A stretch of 64,000 bases of DNA from the NCBI GenBank assembly GCA_963708075.1, contig OY970194.1:7104001-7168000 (forward strand). Reading direction: 5' to 3'. The stretch comes from Sedimentisphaerales bacterium. GTDB lineage: Bacteria; Planctomycetota; Phycisphaerae; Sedimentisphaerales; Anaerobacaceae. This document shows, one piece after another, positions 1-10,965 of this stretch; position 1 is the first letter of the stretch, and every line of letters begins with the position of its first letter. The position numbers were made by a program, and so were the translations under genes. Below the pieces are notes generated by a model. It was not told the DNA's origin. It saw nothing but the letters and a program-made list of their open reading frames with translations, and did no database searches.

Positions 1-1608
<1,608 letters not shown>

Positions 1609-1611
1609 CTA

Positions 1612-2757
1612 AGTAGGTAGCCAAAAGTTTTCACAGGAACGATTCTCTTCGCGTGTATGATGGGGTACATGCGAAGAACGAAGAGCGCCTCAGAACGTGG
1701 TTTCGATCGATATGATAAACATCGTCTTACGCGGGCCTTACAGGGGGTCGCTGACATTCGCACCTACCGGCGTATCGGAGCGATCCTGTTGGTGGCCCAG
1801 GGTCGGACGGTTCCGGAAGCAGCGCAGATCACCGGGACCCGGCCGTGGAGCGTCTATCGCTGGGTGCGGGCCTATCTGCACACCCATTGTCCAGACCGCC
1901 TGCAGGACGCACCGCGTTCCGGACGGCCTCCGGTCGCCACGCCGATCACGGACGCCCGTCTGGTACGCGAGTTCCGCCGGGACCCGATGCGTTTGGGCTA
2001 TCGCGCCACGGGTTGGACGGTGTCCTTGCTGGCAGATCACCTCCAGCAAAGGTACGGGTGTGCAATCTCGCCTCGTACCCTGCGGCGGCGGATGCGGGAC
2101 TTGGATCTGCGGTGGAAACGTCCCCGGTATGTCTATGCGACCAAGGACCCGAACCGAGCCCAGAAAAAGGGGGCCTGGTTCGCCGCCTGAAACGGATGCC
2201 GGCGCTGGCGGTGCTGTTGTTTTCGGATGCGACCATCCTCCGCTGGTTTCCGCCCTTGCGCTATGTGTGGGCGTTTCGCGGCGAACAGGCGCAGGTCAAG
2301 ATCACGGGTCAAAACGACAAACGGGTTCTGTTCGGCACGATCAATCCACGAACCGGACACCGGGTGGTCCTGCGTCGGCCCCGCCAGCGGCAAGAGGACT
2401 TTCAAGCCTTCCTGCGGGAGTTGCGGCGACGGTATCCCGGACGCCCGATTTGGCTGTTGCTGGACAAGGCCTCTTTTCATCAGGCGATCAAAAGCCAACG
2501 ACTGGCCACCCACTTGGAGGTGACCCTCTTGTGGTTGCCGAAGCAGTGCCCGGAACTGAACTCTCAGGATCATCTCTGGAAGGAGTTGAAACGGTTGATT
2601 GCGGCCAATCGCCAGTTCCAAACGATTGATGATGAGGCGGCCTACGCGGAACAGTGGCTCTTGGGACTAACTGCGACCCAGGGCCTCCGCAAAGCCGGTG
2701 TCTTGTCGGCGGATTTCTGGCTCAAGGCTTTTGTGTGAAGACTTTTGGCTACCTACT
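1612..2757 (+). mobile_element. Complete IS630-family insertion sequence (1146 bp)
   Basis: 24-bp terminal inverted repeats AGTAGGTAGCCAAAAGTTTTCACA (1612-1635) and 2734-2757, with 1 mismatch. TA duplication at 1610-1611 and 2758-2759; reconstructed target CTAG. Two-ORF transposase inside. Confidence 0.95.
1657..2738 (+). CDS. IS630 transposase, with HTH ORF (1657-2190) and catalytic ORF (to 2738) joined by a probable -1 frameshift
   Basis: HTH part has 'DAPRSGRP' and 'GWTVSLLADHL'. Slippery AAAAAGGGGG at 2164-2173. Catalytic motifs FSDAT, LLLDKASFH and CPELNSQDHLW. Confidence 0.9.
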
Positions 2758-3725
2758 TAGTGTTGCTCTGGCTGGTCCTGGTAATCGCTCATGTCGTCTG
2801 CTCCGTCGGTGGGGCGGTGGCATTTGGCGGCTCTCATCCTGTTGCCGGTCCAAATGAATCGTTGGTCAGGGACTTGACCTTCTTTCTGAGCCGATTGCGG
2901 ACGCTGGACCACCTGCCCGAGTTGGAGCCGTCGCACACCGCCATGTCCAGCACTTGGGATCGCTCGGGTGGCAACTTTGATGGCTGGGATTTCAAACGTG
3001 TGGAAGACGGCCGAAACGTGTTGCTGGACGTGAACGGCCCCGGCTGCATCCACCGTATGTTCACCGGCTGGCTTGGCCAAGGCAAAGATATCCTGGGGCG
3101 ATCGGGTCCGGCCGGCACGCGACTGCAGATTCTCCTCGACCATGCCGAGCGCCCCGTTCTCGATCTGCCTGTGGAACGCTTCTTTGACGACCGCAACGGC
3201 CCGTTTCCATGCGACCTGGACCGAAGCTCTCGCAGCGCAGCCCGATAGGCCGCAATTCGGTCCGAAAGACATCCCGTGTCACATGGTGCTCGATCGCCAA
3301 GGTCCGGGCAAGTACGTCGGCGTCCTGCTGCACGTGCAGTGGCCCCATAAGGATTGGTGGGGCGAAGGGGACTGGCTGATCTGGACCGATGAGGACGGCT
3401 GGCCGCCAAGCTATCACGGCACGGGCAGCGAGGAGTACTTCAATTCCGGCTGGTGCAGCTTCGATCGCAAGGCGGTCTCGGGCTTCATCAAGACCCATCC
3501 GGGCGATGTGGCCCTGTACTCCTTTCACCTCAATGACGCCTTTCAGTTTCAGCATAATATCCGGGTGGCGGAAGAGACCTTCGGGATGGACGGGGCTGGC
3601 ATGATCGGCAATACTATCATTCATCGGGACCACCCGGTCTGGGGCAGCACGGCCTATTGGTACGCCCGGCCGCTTCAGTCGGCAGGCTCCAGTCCCAGGC
3701 AGATGACAAAGGAGAAAGGATCACC

Positions 3726-4937
3726 ATGAGTAGACTTCTGTCGTTCCGTCCGATCGTCCTGACGGCGGTGAGCTTATGTCTGACGCTCGGTGCGAGATCA
3801 GCCCTGGGCAACGAAAAGCCGGCCTCCGACGGTCGCATCGACGTGGCCACTATCTACTTCCCCGGTTATCATCGGGACATTCACTACGACGCCTGGTTCG
3901 GCGAGGGCTGGAACGAGTGGACGCTGCTTGCGGAGGCCCCCACGCGTTTCCCCGGCCAGCAATTCTTCAAGCCTCAGTGGGGCCCCTTTGACGAGGCCGA
4001 CCCGAAGTGGATGGAACGCCAGATCGCGCTGGCCGCCGATCACGGCATTACCGTCTTCATCTTCGATTGGTATTGGTATTCCGGCGTGAAGATCCTGCAT
4101 CGGCCGCTCGAAGAGGGCTTCCTGAAAGCCGACAACCGCGAGCGGCTCAAATACGCCCTCATGTGGGCCAATCACAATTGGGGCAACTATTTCCCCGTGC
4201 CGATCGACCGCCCGATGGACCGGCTTCTGCCCATCCGACACTCGGCCGCCGACTTCACGCGAGTGATGGACGAATGCATCAAGCTGCACTTTGGCCGGCC
4301 CAACTACTGGCGTGTGGGTGGCCGTCCCTATTTCTCGATCTTCGATCCGTGGGCCTTCATGCAGCAACTCGGTGGGCCGGAAAAGACGCGAGAGGTCTTG
4401 GACGCCGCACGCAAGCAGGTTGCGTCGGCCGGTCTGGGCCAGGTGCACTTCGCCGCATTCACCGGGGGCGCCGACGGCGTCCCGCAACTGCGCGAGGCAG
4501 GGTTTGACAGCACGACCTGCTACAACGTCACCGCCAGCGGCAAGGCCCGCTTGCCGCAGCAACCCCTGGATGACTATGCCGATCTGATGGCGCGACACGA
4601 GGCGTTCTGGAAGGAGATGGACGCAGGTATCCTGCCGCACGCGCCTACGGTGACGGTCGGCTGGGACCCGTCGCCGCGCTGGGTGAAGGACGCGCCATGG
4701 CCGCTTCCGGCGGACAAGGGCTACCCTTACAGCACGCTGGTAATCAACAACACGCCGGAACGCTTCGGTGAGCTATTCCAGAGGGCACTGAAACACGCCG
4801 AATCCGCCCGTCTGCGCCCGCCGGCCATCGTGATCAACGCATGGAACGAGTGGACCGAGGGCAGCGTGCTGCTGCCGGACGTGAAGTACGAGACGCGATT
4901 TCTGGAGGAGGTCAAGAACTCGCTCAGGCAGAAGTGA
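3726..4937 (+). CDS. Secreted GH99-like / WbsX-family glycoside hydrolase domain protein
   Basis: Signal peptide; motifs YFPGYH, FIFDWYWY, ALMWANH, GWDPSPR and INAWNEWTEG. ATGA overlap with the upstream stop. Confidence 0.85.
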   Translation: MSRLLSFRPIVLTAVSLCLTLGARSALGNEKPASDGRIDVATIYFPGYHRDIHYDAWFGEGWNEWTLLAEAPTRFPGQQFFKPQWGPFDEADPKWMERQIALAADHGITVFIFDWYWYSGVKILHRPLEEGFLKADNRERLKYALMWANHNWGNYFPVPIDRPMDRLLPIRHSAADFTRVMDECIKLHFGRPNYWRVGGRPYFSIFDPWAFMQQLGGPEKTREVLDAARKQVASAGLGQVHFAAFTGGADGVPQLREAGFDSTTCYNVTASGKARLPQQPLDDYADLMARHEAFWKEMDAGILPHAPTVTVGWDPSPRWVKDAPWPLPADKGYPYSTLVINNTPERFGELFQRALKHAESARLRPPAIVINAWNEWTEGSVLLPDVKYETRFLEEVKNSLRQK

Positions 4938-4955
4938 GGAGTCAACCGAGCGGCC

Positions 4956-6932
4956 ATGAAGCACCACAAAACCACACGAATCATAGTTCCGCTGGTTCTC
5001 TTCTGTGCCGGCACCGTGAGCTGGGCTGCAGGGGAAGTCTCTGAGCCCATGCAACTCCGCCTGCCCGCCGAGGCGCCTGCCTCGGTGCGCGAGGTTCAGG
5101 ATCGCATCTACCGCGCTACGCAAAAGCAGGCGTGTTATCTGCTCGACGCCGTGCACCCGTGGAAAGATGATGCCGCGCTTCGCCTGCTGACGGACAGCAA
5201 AAGCGGCGAGCATTGGATTCGGCCCAACACCGGCGTGATTGAGGGCTTCGCCTTCCTGCATCGCTTCGGTCGGTACGACGAAAAGGTCGTGGGCGTCTCC
5301 CGGCCCGAACTCCTGGACGGCACAATTGTGCCAATGATACGCTACCTCGTCGCCACGCACGTCACCGGTTCGCGTCCGACAAGCGACGGCAAGAAGTGGG
5401 GCGATGCATGGCAGTCGGCACATTGGACGCAGATGCTGGGGCGAGGCGCATGGTTTGTATGGCCCCAGTTGCCTGTGGATCTGCGCGAGGGCGTCCGGCG
5501 AGTGGCGGCCCACGAGGCCGACCGCATCGCGCGCTCCGAGCCACCGCACCAGTTGCGCTCCGACACCAAGGCCGAGGAGAACGCCTGGAATAGCCAGGTG
5601 CTCTCTGTGGCGATACTCCTGCTGCCCGACGATCCTCGCTGCGCCGGCTGGGAAAAGGCGTACCAGAGATGGGTAATGTCGTCCTTCCTCCGCCCCGCGG
5701 ACAAACGCAATGAAGCCGTGGTAGACGGCCGGCCGGTGCGCGAGCAGTTCACCGGCGCGAACATTTTTGATGATTTTACGCTGGAGAACCACAACTTCGT
5801 CCACCCCGACTACATGACGACTTTCAGCTTGTCGCTGGGCTGTGCGCCGGATTTCGCGATGACCGGCCGCCGGATCCCCGAGGCGCTGCTGTTCAACGTG
5901 GCGCCCATCTACGAGAATTTGAAATGGATGCTCTTGCCCGACGGCGGTTTCGTGTATCCGAACGGGCAGGACTGGGAGCTGTTCCGCAATCCCTCCTGGC
6001 TTGGCAAGCACGTGCTGATGGCGGTGTGGGCGCTCGACCCGGATGCCTGGATGTGGGTGCTTCACACGCTGGACACGTTGGAAAAAATGCAGGCGCGCTC
6101 GACCGACGGAGCGGTCTTCCATCCAGGCGAGTATTTCTTTGCCTCGACCCAGTCGGACCTGCTCCGCTCGCTGGCCAACGCCTGGCTGTCGCTGCAACTG
6201 GCGGGAGAGGTCCCCAACGCGCCGCGCGAACGCATTGGGGTGCGTCGCTGGGACTCGGCCCAGGTGATTTTGCATCGCACACCCGACGCGATTCACACGG
6301 TGAGTTGGGGCGCCAAGGTCATGGCTCAGTGCGTGCCCAGCCGCCTGGATCGCGTGGTCTCGCCACACGAGCGCAACGGCATTGGCCACGTGCGCCTGGC
6401 TGGGGCGCGCGACGCTCTTGCCTTGCGAGTGCAGAACGCTGAGATCCGCGAAACGCCGGACGGATTCGATGCCTCCCTGACGGTGGACCATGGAAACGAG
6501 ATCCGGGCCCAGCTCCGCTTCCGCTCGGAACCCGACGGCTCGTTCTTGATGGCGGAGAAGCTCATCGCTCTTACGAACGTCTCTACCGCCGAAATTGCCA
6601 CCGGCCTCGTCGGCATCCTCAACAATCCGCATTGGATTTATGAGCACGCCCGCCGTCGCGTGACGGCCGATGACCAACTCATAGAAGTCGCATCATGCAG
6701 TAGGCAGCAGTGGCACTGGGAGGCCACCCGACGAATTGTCGTGGACGACGTGATCGTGGTTCAGTCCGATCGGCCGCTGCGGGCTTCCTATCTGGCGGCA
6801 GACCGCGCCGAGCGCGGACGGGTAACAGACCAATTGATCCTGAATCATCTGCCCGGCAACCGGAGTTGGACTACAGGCGAAACCCTCTCCGACTACCAGG
6901 TCGTCGTGCGCTGCGTGAAATCCAGACAGTGA
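4956..6932 (+). CDS. Secreted conserved hypothetical protein, possibly with a polysaccharide lyase-like alpha/alpha barrel plus beta-sandwich
   Basis: 658-aa ORF with signal peptide, in operon context; motifs DTKAEENAWN and ENHNFVHPDY. The fold is inferred. Confidence 0.65.
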   Translation: MKHHKTTRIIVPLVLFCAGTVSWAAGEVSEPMQLRLPAEAPASVREVQDRIYRATQKQACYLLDAVHPWKDDAALRLLTDSKSGEHWIRPNTGVIEGFAFLHRFGRYDEKVVGVSRPELLDGTIVPMIRYLVATHVTGSRPTSDGKKWGDAWQSAHWTQMLGRGAWFVWPQLPVDLREGVRRVAAHEADRIARSEPPHQLRSDTKAEENAWNSQVLSVAILLLPDDPRCAGWEKAYQRWVMSSFLRPADKRNEAVVDGRPVREQFTGANIFDDFTLENHNFVHPDYMTTFSLSLGCAPDFAMTGRRIPEALLFNVAPIYENLKWMLLPDGGFVYPNGQDWELFRNPSWLGKHVLMAVWALDPDAWMWVLHTLDTLEKMQARSTDGAVFHPGEYFFASTQSDLLRSLANAWLSLQLAGEVPNAPRERIGVRRWDSAQVILHRTPDAIHTVSWGAKVMAQCVPSRLDRVVSPHERNGIGHVRLAGARDALALRVQNAEIRETPDGFDASLTVDHGNEIRAQLRFRSEPDGSFLMAEKLIALTNVSTAEIATGLVGILNNPHWIYEHARRRVTADDQLIEVASCSRQQWHWEATRRIVVDDVIVVQSDRPLRASYLAADRAERGRVTDQLILNHLPGNRSWTTGETLSDYQVVVRCVKSRQ

Positions 6933-6952
6933 AAACGATAGAGGAATCGAGT

Positions 6953-9496
6953 ATGGGCAGACAGGTGTTCCGTCCGGTCATCCTGGCGATGGTGAGCCTG
7001 TGTTTGGCGCTCTCTGTGAACTCGGCCCGAGGCGCTGTGCCGCCGCCTCCGCGGGACATTCAGGAGGTGCGGGCCGTGCTGGCCCAGGCGCCGCCGCCAC
7101 CGGCTGGCGAGCTGCGTCCGTTGAAGATTGTGCTGGCTGCAAACCGCAAAGATCACGGCCCGCACGAGCACGATTACCCGCGATGGATGGAGCGATGGAA
7201 AGTGCTCCTGGGCGGCAAGGAAGCAGGCACGGGACCGGTGAATCTGTATGGTCCGGCGGCCGATCTTTCGCAGGGCCCCCCGGCGGGCGCCGTGAATGTG
7301 AAGGTCGAGACCGCCAAGGACTGGCCGAGCGCAGAGCAATTCGCTCAAGCCGATCTCGTCGTTGTCTTCATAGGGACGGGTGGCTTTTGGAACGAGGCCA
7401 GATTGCGCGACGTGAAGGCCCTCCTGGATCGTGGCGGCGGATTCGTCGCCGTGCACTCGGCCATAATTGCCGAGCAGCCAACGGCCCGGCCGCTTGCCGA
7501 GTCGATTGGACTGGCCTGGGAGAGCGGCTATACTCTGTTCCGGCACGGGTCTATCGACCTGAAGGTCATTGCCCCCGAGCACCCGATCTGCAAGGGCCTG
7601 CCGCAGCAAATCCATTTTGAAGATGAGACGTACTGGCCGCTGGTGGGCGATGCCTCACGGATCGACCTACTGGCCACGGCCGACGAAAAGGCCAAGGACT
7701 CCGACCAGATGCGTCCCGAGCCAATGTTCTGGACCCTCACGGTCGGCAAGGGCCGAGTCTACAGTTGCGTCCTGGGGCACTACACCTGGACCTTTGACGA
7801 TCCCTATTTCCGCATCCTGCTCTTGCGCGGGATGGCCTGGGCGGCGGGCGAGTCCCCGTATCGCTTCGATCCGCTGGTGCTGTGCGGCGCCCGCACCTCG
7901 GAGCAGAAGCGCGCCGCCGCAGTGACGCTCCCCGACGCTGCGCCGGTCGCGCCGAATGCGAAGGACCCGAACCTGCTGTTGTGGCTGGATGCTTCGGACC
8001 GGGCGACGCTGACGGTCAACGATGACGGGCGCATCTCGGCGTGGTCGAATGTAGGGGCGAATAATCATTCGCCCTCACTGACCAGTTCCGCCGCGCAGCA
8101 GCCGCTTTATGTGGCCAAGGCGCTGGGCGGCAAAGCGGCCGCGCGATTCGATGGTGTTGACGATGTGCTCCGCGACACGACCTTTGGGCAATCGGCTCAG
8201 GCGTGGACGGTCGTGCTTGTTGTCACGCCGCGCTCGAACGCGGGGAACGGGCAGTTCCATGGGCTCCTGGCGACAAATCGGCCGGGGCAGAACGATTATG
8301 TGACTGGCCTGAACATCGACCTCGGTCCCGGCGAGACGCCGCAGTTTAGCGTACTCAACCTCGAAGGGCTCAAGGACTTGCCTGGCGCCACGAATCTCCG
8401 CACGGAGACGGCCCCGTTCGGCGAGGGCCAGATCATTATCTTGGGCACGGGCAATGGCCGCTCGCGGCTATGGATCAACGGAATTGAGGAAGAGGGCCGG
8501 GTGGCTAATGACGCTGTCACCGCGATGGACGAGCTTCGCCTCGGCGGGCGCTTCTACATGAATCAGGAACGCGGCTTCTTCCATGGTGACGTCTCGGAGG
8601 TCATGATCTACCAAACGTCGCTGACCGACCTCCAGCGTGCCGGCCTCTACGCATACCTGCTCCAGAAGTATGGCCCGGACATCAAGCCGCCGGCCGCTTA
8701 TACACTGGACGCCTGGGATTACCTGCCGGCTTATGATTGGGGCTCGACTCGTCGGCCCCTGGAGTCCATCGACGAGGCCGTTCGTTCTTCGCACAAAGAC
8801 GCGCGGGCCCGTACGACTCTCGAATCGCGGCTGATCGAAGTGCTGGCTGATCCATCTTCCACGCAGGCGGCCAAGGACTTTGTCTGCCGCCGTCTGGCGA
8901 TCATCGGCTCTGCGGCAAGCGTACCCGCTTTGGCCGAGCTTCTAAACGACGAGGCGCTCTCGAATATGGCCTGCTTCGCCCTGGAACGCATTCCCGATTC
9001 CGCGGTGGACGAGGCTCTGTGTCGGGCTCTGGACCGTGTGCCGGGCAAACTCCGAATCGGTGTGATCCATACGCTGGGCAATCGAAGCAGCCGGCTTGCA
9101 GTTGACCGTCTGGGCCGCCTGTTGGGTGATCAGGACGCAGCCACCCGCCAGGCGGCAGCCGGCGCCTTGGGCAAGATCAGCGATCCGGTAGCTATCGAGG
9201 CATTGACTGCGGCTTTGGACGCAGCGCCGACGGCTGGTCATCACTCCGCAGAGACGCAAAATCCGGCGTCTTTACAACTCGACGCTGCCACCCGGGCGGT
9301 TGTCGCGGATAGCTGTTTGAAATGTGCCGAGCAGTTGCATGCGGCGGGCAGGCGGGCCGAAGCCCTCACCATCTATGAAAAGCTCTGCAAGCAGGACGTG
9401 CCCCAGACCGTGCGGATCGCGGCCCTCCGAGGGGCAATTCTGCTGCGCGGGGCCGGTCGCGACGTCCCTGCTTCTCGAACAACGCACCAGCCATAA
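6953..9496 (+). CDS. ThuA-like domain + LamG/ConA-like domain + HEAT-repeat protein
   Basis: Signal peptide after a GAGGA RBS. ThuA motifs KDHGPHEHDY and GRVYSCVLGH; LamG 'LLWLDASD...FDGVDD...GDVSEVMIY'; HEAT repeats in the C-terminus. Confidence 0.8.
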   Translation: MGRQVFRPVILAMVSLCLALSVNSARGAVPPPPRDIQEVRAVLAQAPPPPAGELRPLKIVLAANRKDHGPHEHDYPRWMERWKVLLGGKEAGTGPVNLYGPAADLSQGPPAGAVNVKVETAKDWPSAEQFAQADLVVVFIGTGGFWNEARLRDVKALLDRGGGFVAVHSAIIAEQPTARPLAESIGLAWESGYTLFRHGSIDLKVIAPEHPICKGLPQQIHFEDETYWPLVGDASRIDLLATADEKAKDSDQMRPEPMFWTLTVGKGRVYSCVLGHYTWTFDDPYFRILLLRGMAWAAGESPYRFDPLVLCGARTSEQKRAAAVTLPDAAPVAPNAKDPNLLLWLDASDRATLTVNDDGRISAWSNVGANNHSPSLTSSAAQQPLYVAKALGGKAAARFDGVDDVLRDTTFGQSAQAWTVVLVVTPRSNAGNGQFHGLLATNRPGQNDYVTGLNIDLGPGETPQFSVLNLEGLKDLPGATNLRTETAPFGEGQIIILGTGNGRSRLWINGIEEEGRVANDAVTAMDELRLGGRFYMNQERGFFHGDVSEVMIYQTSLTDLQRAGLYAYLLQKYGPDIKPPAAYTLDAWDYLPAYDWGSTRRPLESIDEAVRSSHKDARARTTLESRLIEVLADPSSTQAAKDFVCRRLAIIGSAASVPALAELLNDEALSNMACFALERIPDSAVDEALCRALDRVPGKLRIGVIHTLGNRSSRLAVDRLGRLLGDQDAATRQAAAGALGKISDPVAIEALTAALDAAPTAGHHSAETQNPASLQLDAATRAVVADSCLKCAEQLHAAGRRAEALTIYEKLCKQDVPQTVRIAALRGAILLRGAGRDVPASRTTHQP

Positions 9497-9552
9497 TTCG
9501 CGTCGGCAGGTGACGAGGTTTGCCTTGCCGATTAACACATTGGGAGTTGAGC

Positions 9553-10875
9553 ATGCCACACGAATACAAAACGAATCGGCGGCAGTTTGTCAAATGGGCC
9601 TGCGGAGCCGGGGCGGCTGTGACGCTTCCCTGCTGGGTGCCCGCGTGCGCCCTGGGGCTTGGCGCAAGCACCGCGCCCAGCAATCGCATCCGTATGGCGG
9701 CGATTGGACTGGGCTTCGGCTGGCAGATGTTCCTGCGCGATGACGTGCAGTACGTGGCCGTCTGCGACGTGCAGCAGCAGCGGCGCGAGGCGGCGAAGGC
9801 GTATGTAGAGGCTAAACAGGGCAGTGGGACTTGCACCGCGTACAATGACTTCCGCGAGGTCCTGGCCCGTGACGACGTGGACGCAGTCTACATCGCCACG
9901 CCCGACCACTGGCATGCGCTGGTCACAATTGCTGCCGCCCGGGCCGGCAAGCACGTCTATTGCCAGAAGCCGCTCACCCGGACCATCGCGGAAGGCCGGG
10001 CGGTGGTCGATGCCGTTCATCGCCACGGGATCGTCTTCCAGCATGGCACGCAGCAACGGTACGATGCTCGTATGCTCTTCGGCTGCGAGTTGGTGCTCAA
10101 CGGGTACATCGGCCAACTCAAGCATGTGCGGATCGGCAGTCCGGCCGGGATAACTTGCCCGCCGCAACCGCCGCAGCCCGTCCCCGCCGGACTGGACTGG
10201 GAGATGTGGCTGGGGCCTGCTCCCTGGGCCCCGTTCACGCCGCTGCGGATTCAGTCGCATCCCTGGTATCACATCTCCGATTACAGCATGGGCTACATCG
10301 CCGGCTGGGGTGTGCACCATGCTGATAGCGCAATGCAGGGCTCCGGACTGGATGAGTATGCGGGGCCGGTCGAGATCGAGGCCCGCGGCATCTTCCCCCC
10401 CGAGGGCCTGTTCGACAATCCGTACCGCTGGCAGATGCACTATACCTTCCCCGGCGGCCTGAAGTGGCACTGGACGGATTGCTTCGGTGACGGTTTTGGC
10501 TCCCGGTCGGGCCCCGATTGGCCGCAACATCGCATGGGTATCACATTCGAAGGTACCGATGGCTGGGTGTTCATCTGGCGCGACAAGGTGGATGCCTATC
10601 CCAAGAAGCTTCTTCGCGTTCGGATCGGCCCCAACGACAAAGTCCGTCTACAGGAGAACCTGCCGGGTGACTTCGTCGATTGCGTCCGGCGAGGAAGGCG
10701 GACCTGTGCCCCGGTCGAAATCGCCCATCGCTCGACGACCCTCTGTTCCATTGGCGCCATCGGCATGTTGCTGGGTCGCAAGCTGACCTGGGACCCGAGC
10801 CGCGAAGAGTTCGTCGGTGACGAGCAGGCCAACCGCCTTCGCGCCCGGCACATGCGCGGGCCCTGGGAGGTTTGA
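9553..10875 (+). CDS. Tat-exported Gfo/Idh/MocA oxidoreductase
   Basis: NRRQFVK twin-arginine signal; IATPDHWH, YCQKP and DWEMWLGPAP motifs. Confidence 0.9.
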   Translation: MPHEYKTNRRQFVKWACGAGAAVTLPCWVPACALGLGASTAPSNRIRMAAIGLGFGWQMFLRDDVQYVAVCDVQQQRREAAKAYVEAKQGSGTCTAYNDFREVLARDDVDAVYIATPDHWHALVTIAAARAGKHVYCQKPLTRTIAEGRAVVDAVHRHGIVFQHGTQQRYDARMLFGCELVLNGYIGQLKHVRIGSPAGITCPPQPPQPVPAGLDWEMWLGPAPWAPFTPLRIQSHPWYHISDYSMGYIAGWGVHHADSAMQGSGLDEYAGPVEIEARGIFPPEGLFDNPYRWQMHYTFPGGLKWHWTDCFGDGFGSRSGPDWPQHRMGITFEGTDGWVFIWRDKVDAYPKKLLRVRIGPNDKVRLQENLPGDFVDCVRRGRRTCAPVEIAHRSTTLCSIGAIGMLLGRKLTWDPSREEFVGDEQANRLRARHMRGPWEV

Positions 10876-10965
10876 GGTCCACAGGACCATTTTCACAGTG
10901 ACTTGGCCGGAGGCTGTCGCCACTGCGAAGAGCAGGCTGGCAGTATTGGGCCTGAACGCCGGCCG

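Noticed and set aside
4773..6677. Long antisense ORFs (also 23882-25486, 43199-45085, 50627-52033, 20269-21576 and others)
   Set aside because: They are shadows of well-supported genes on the opposite strand in GC-rich DNA and have no recognisable motifs.
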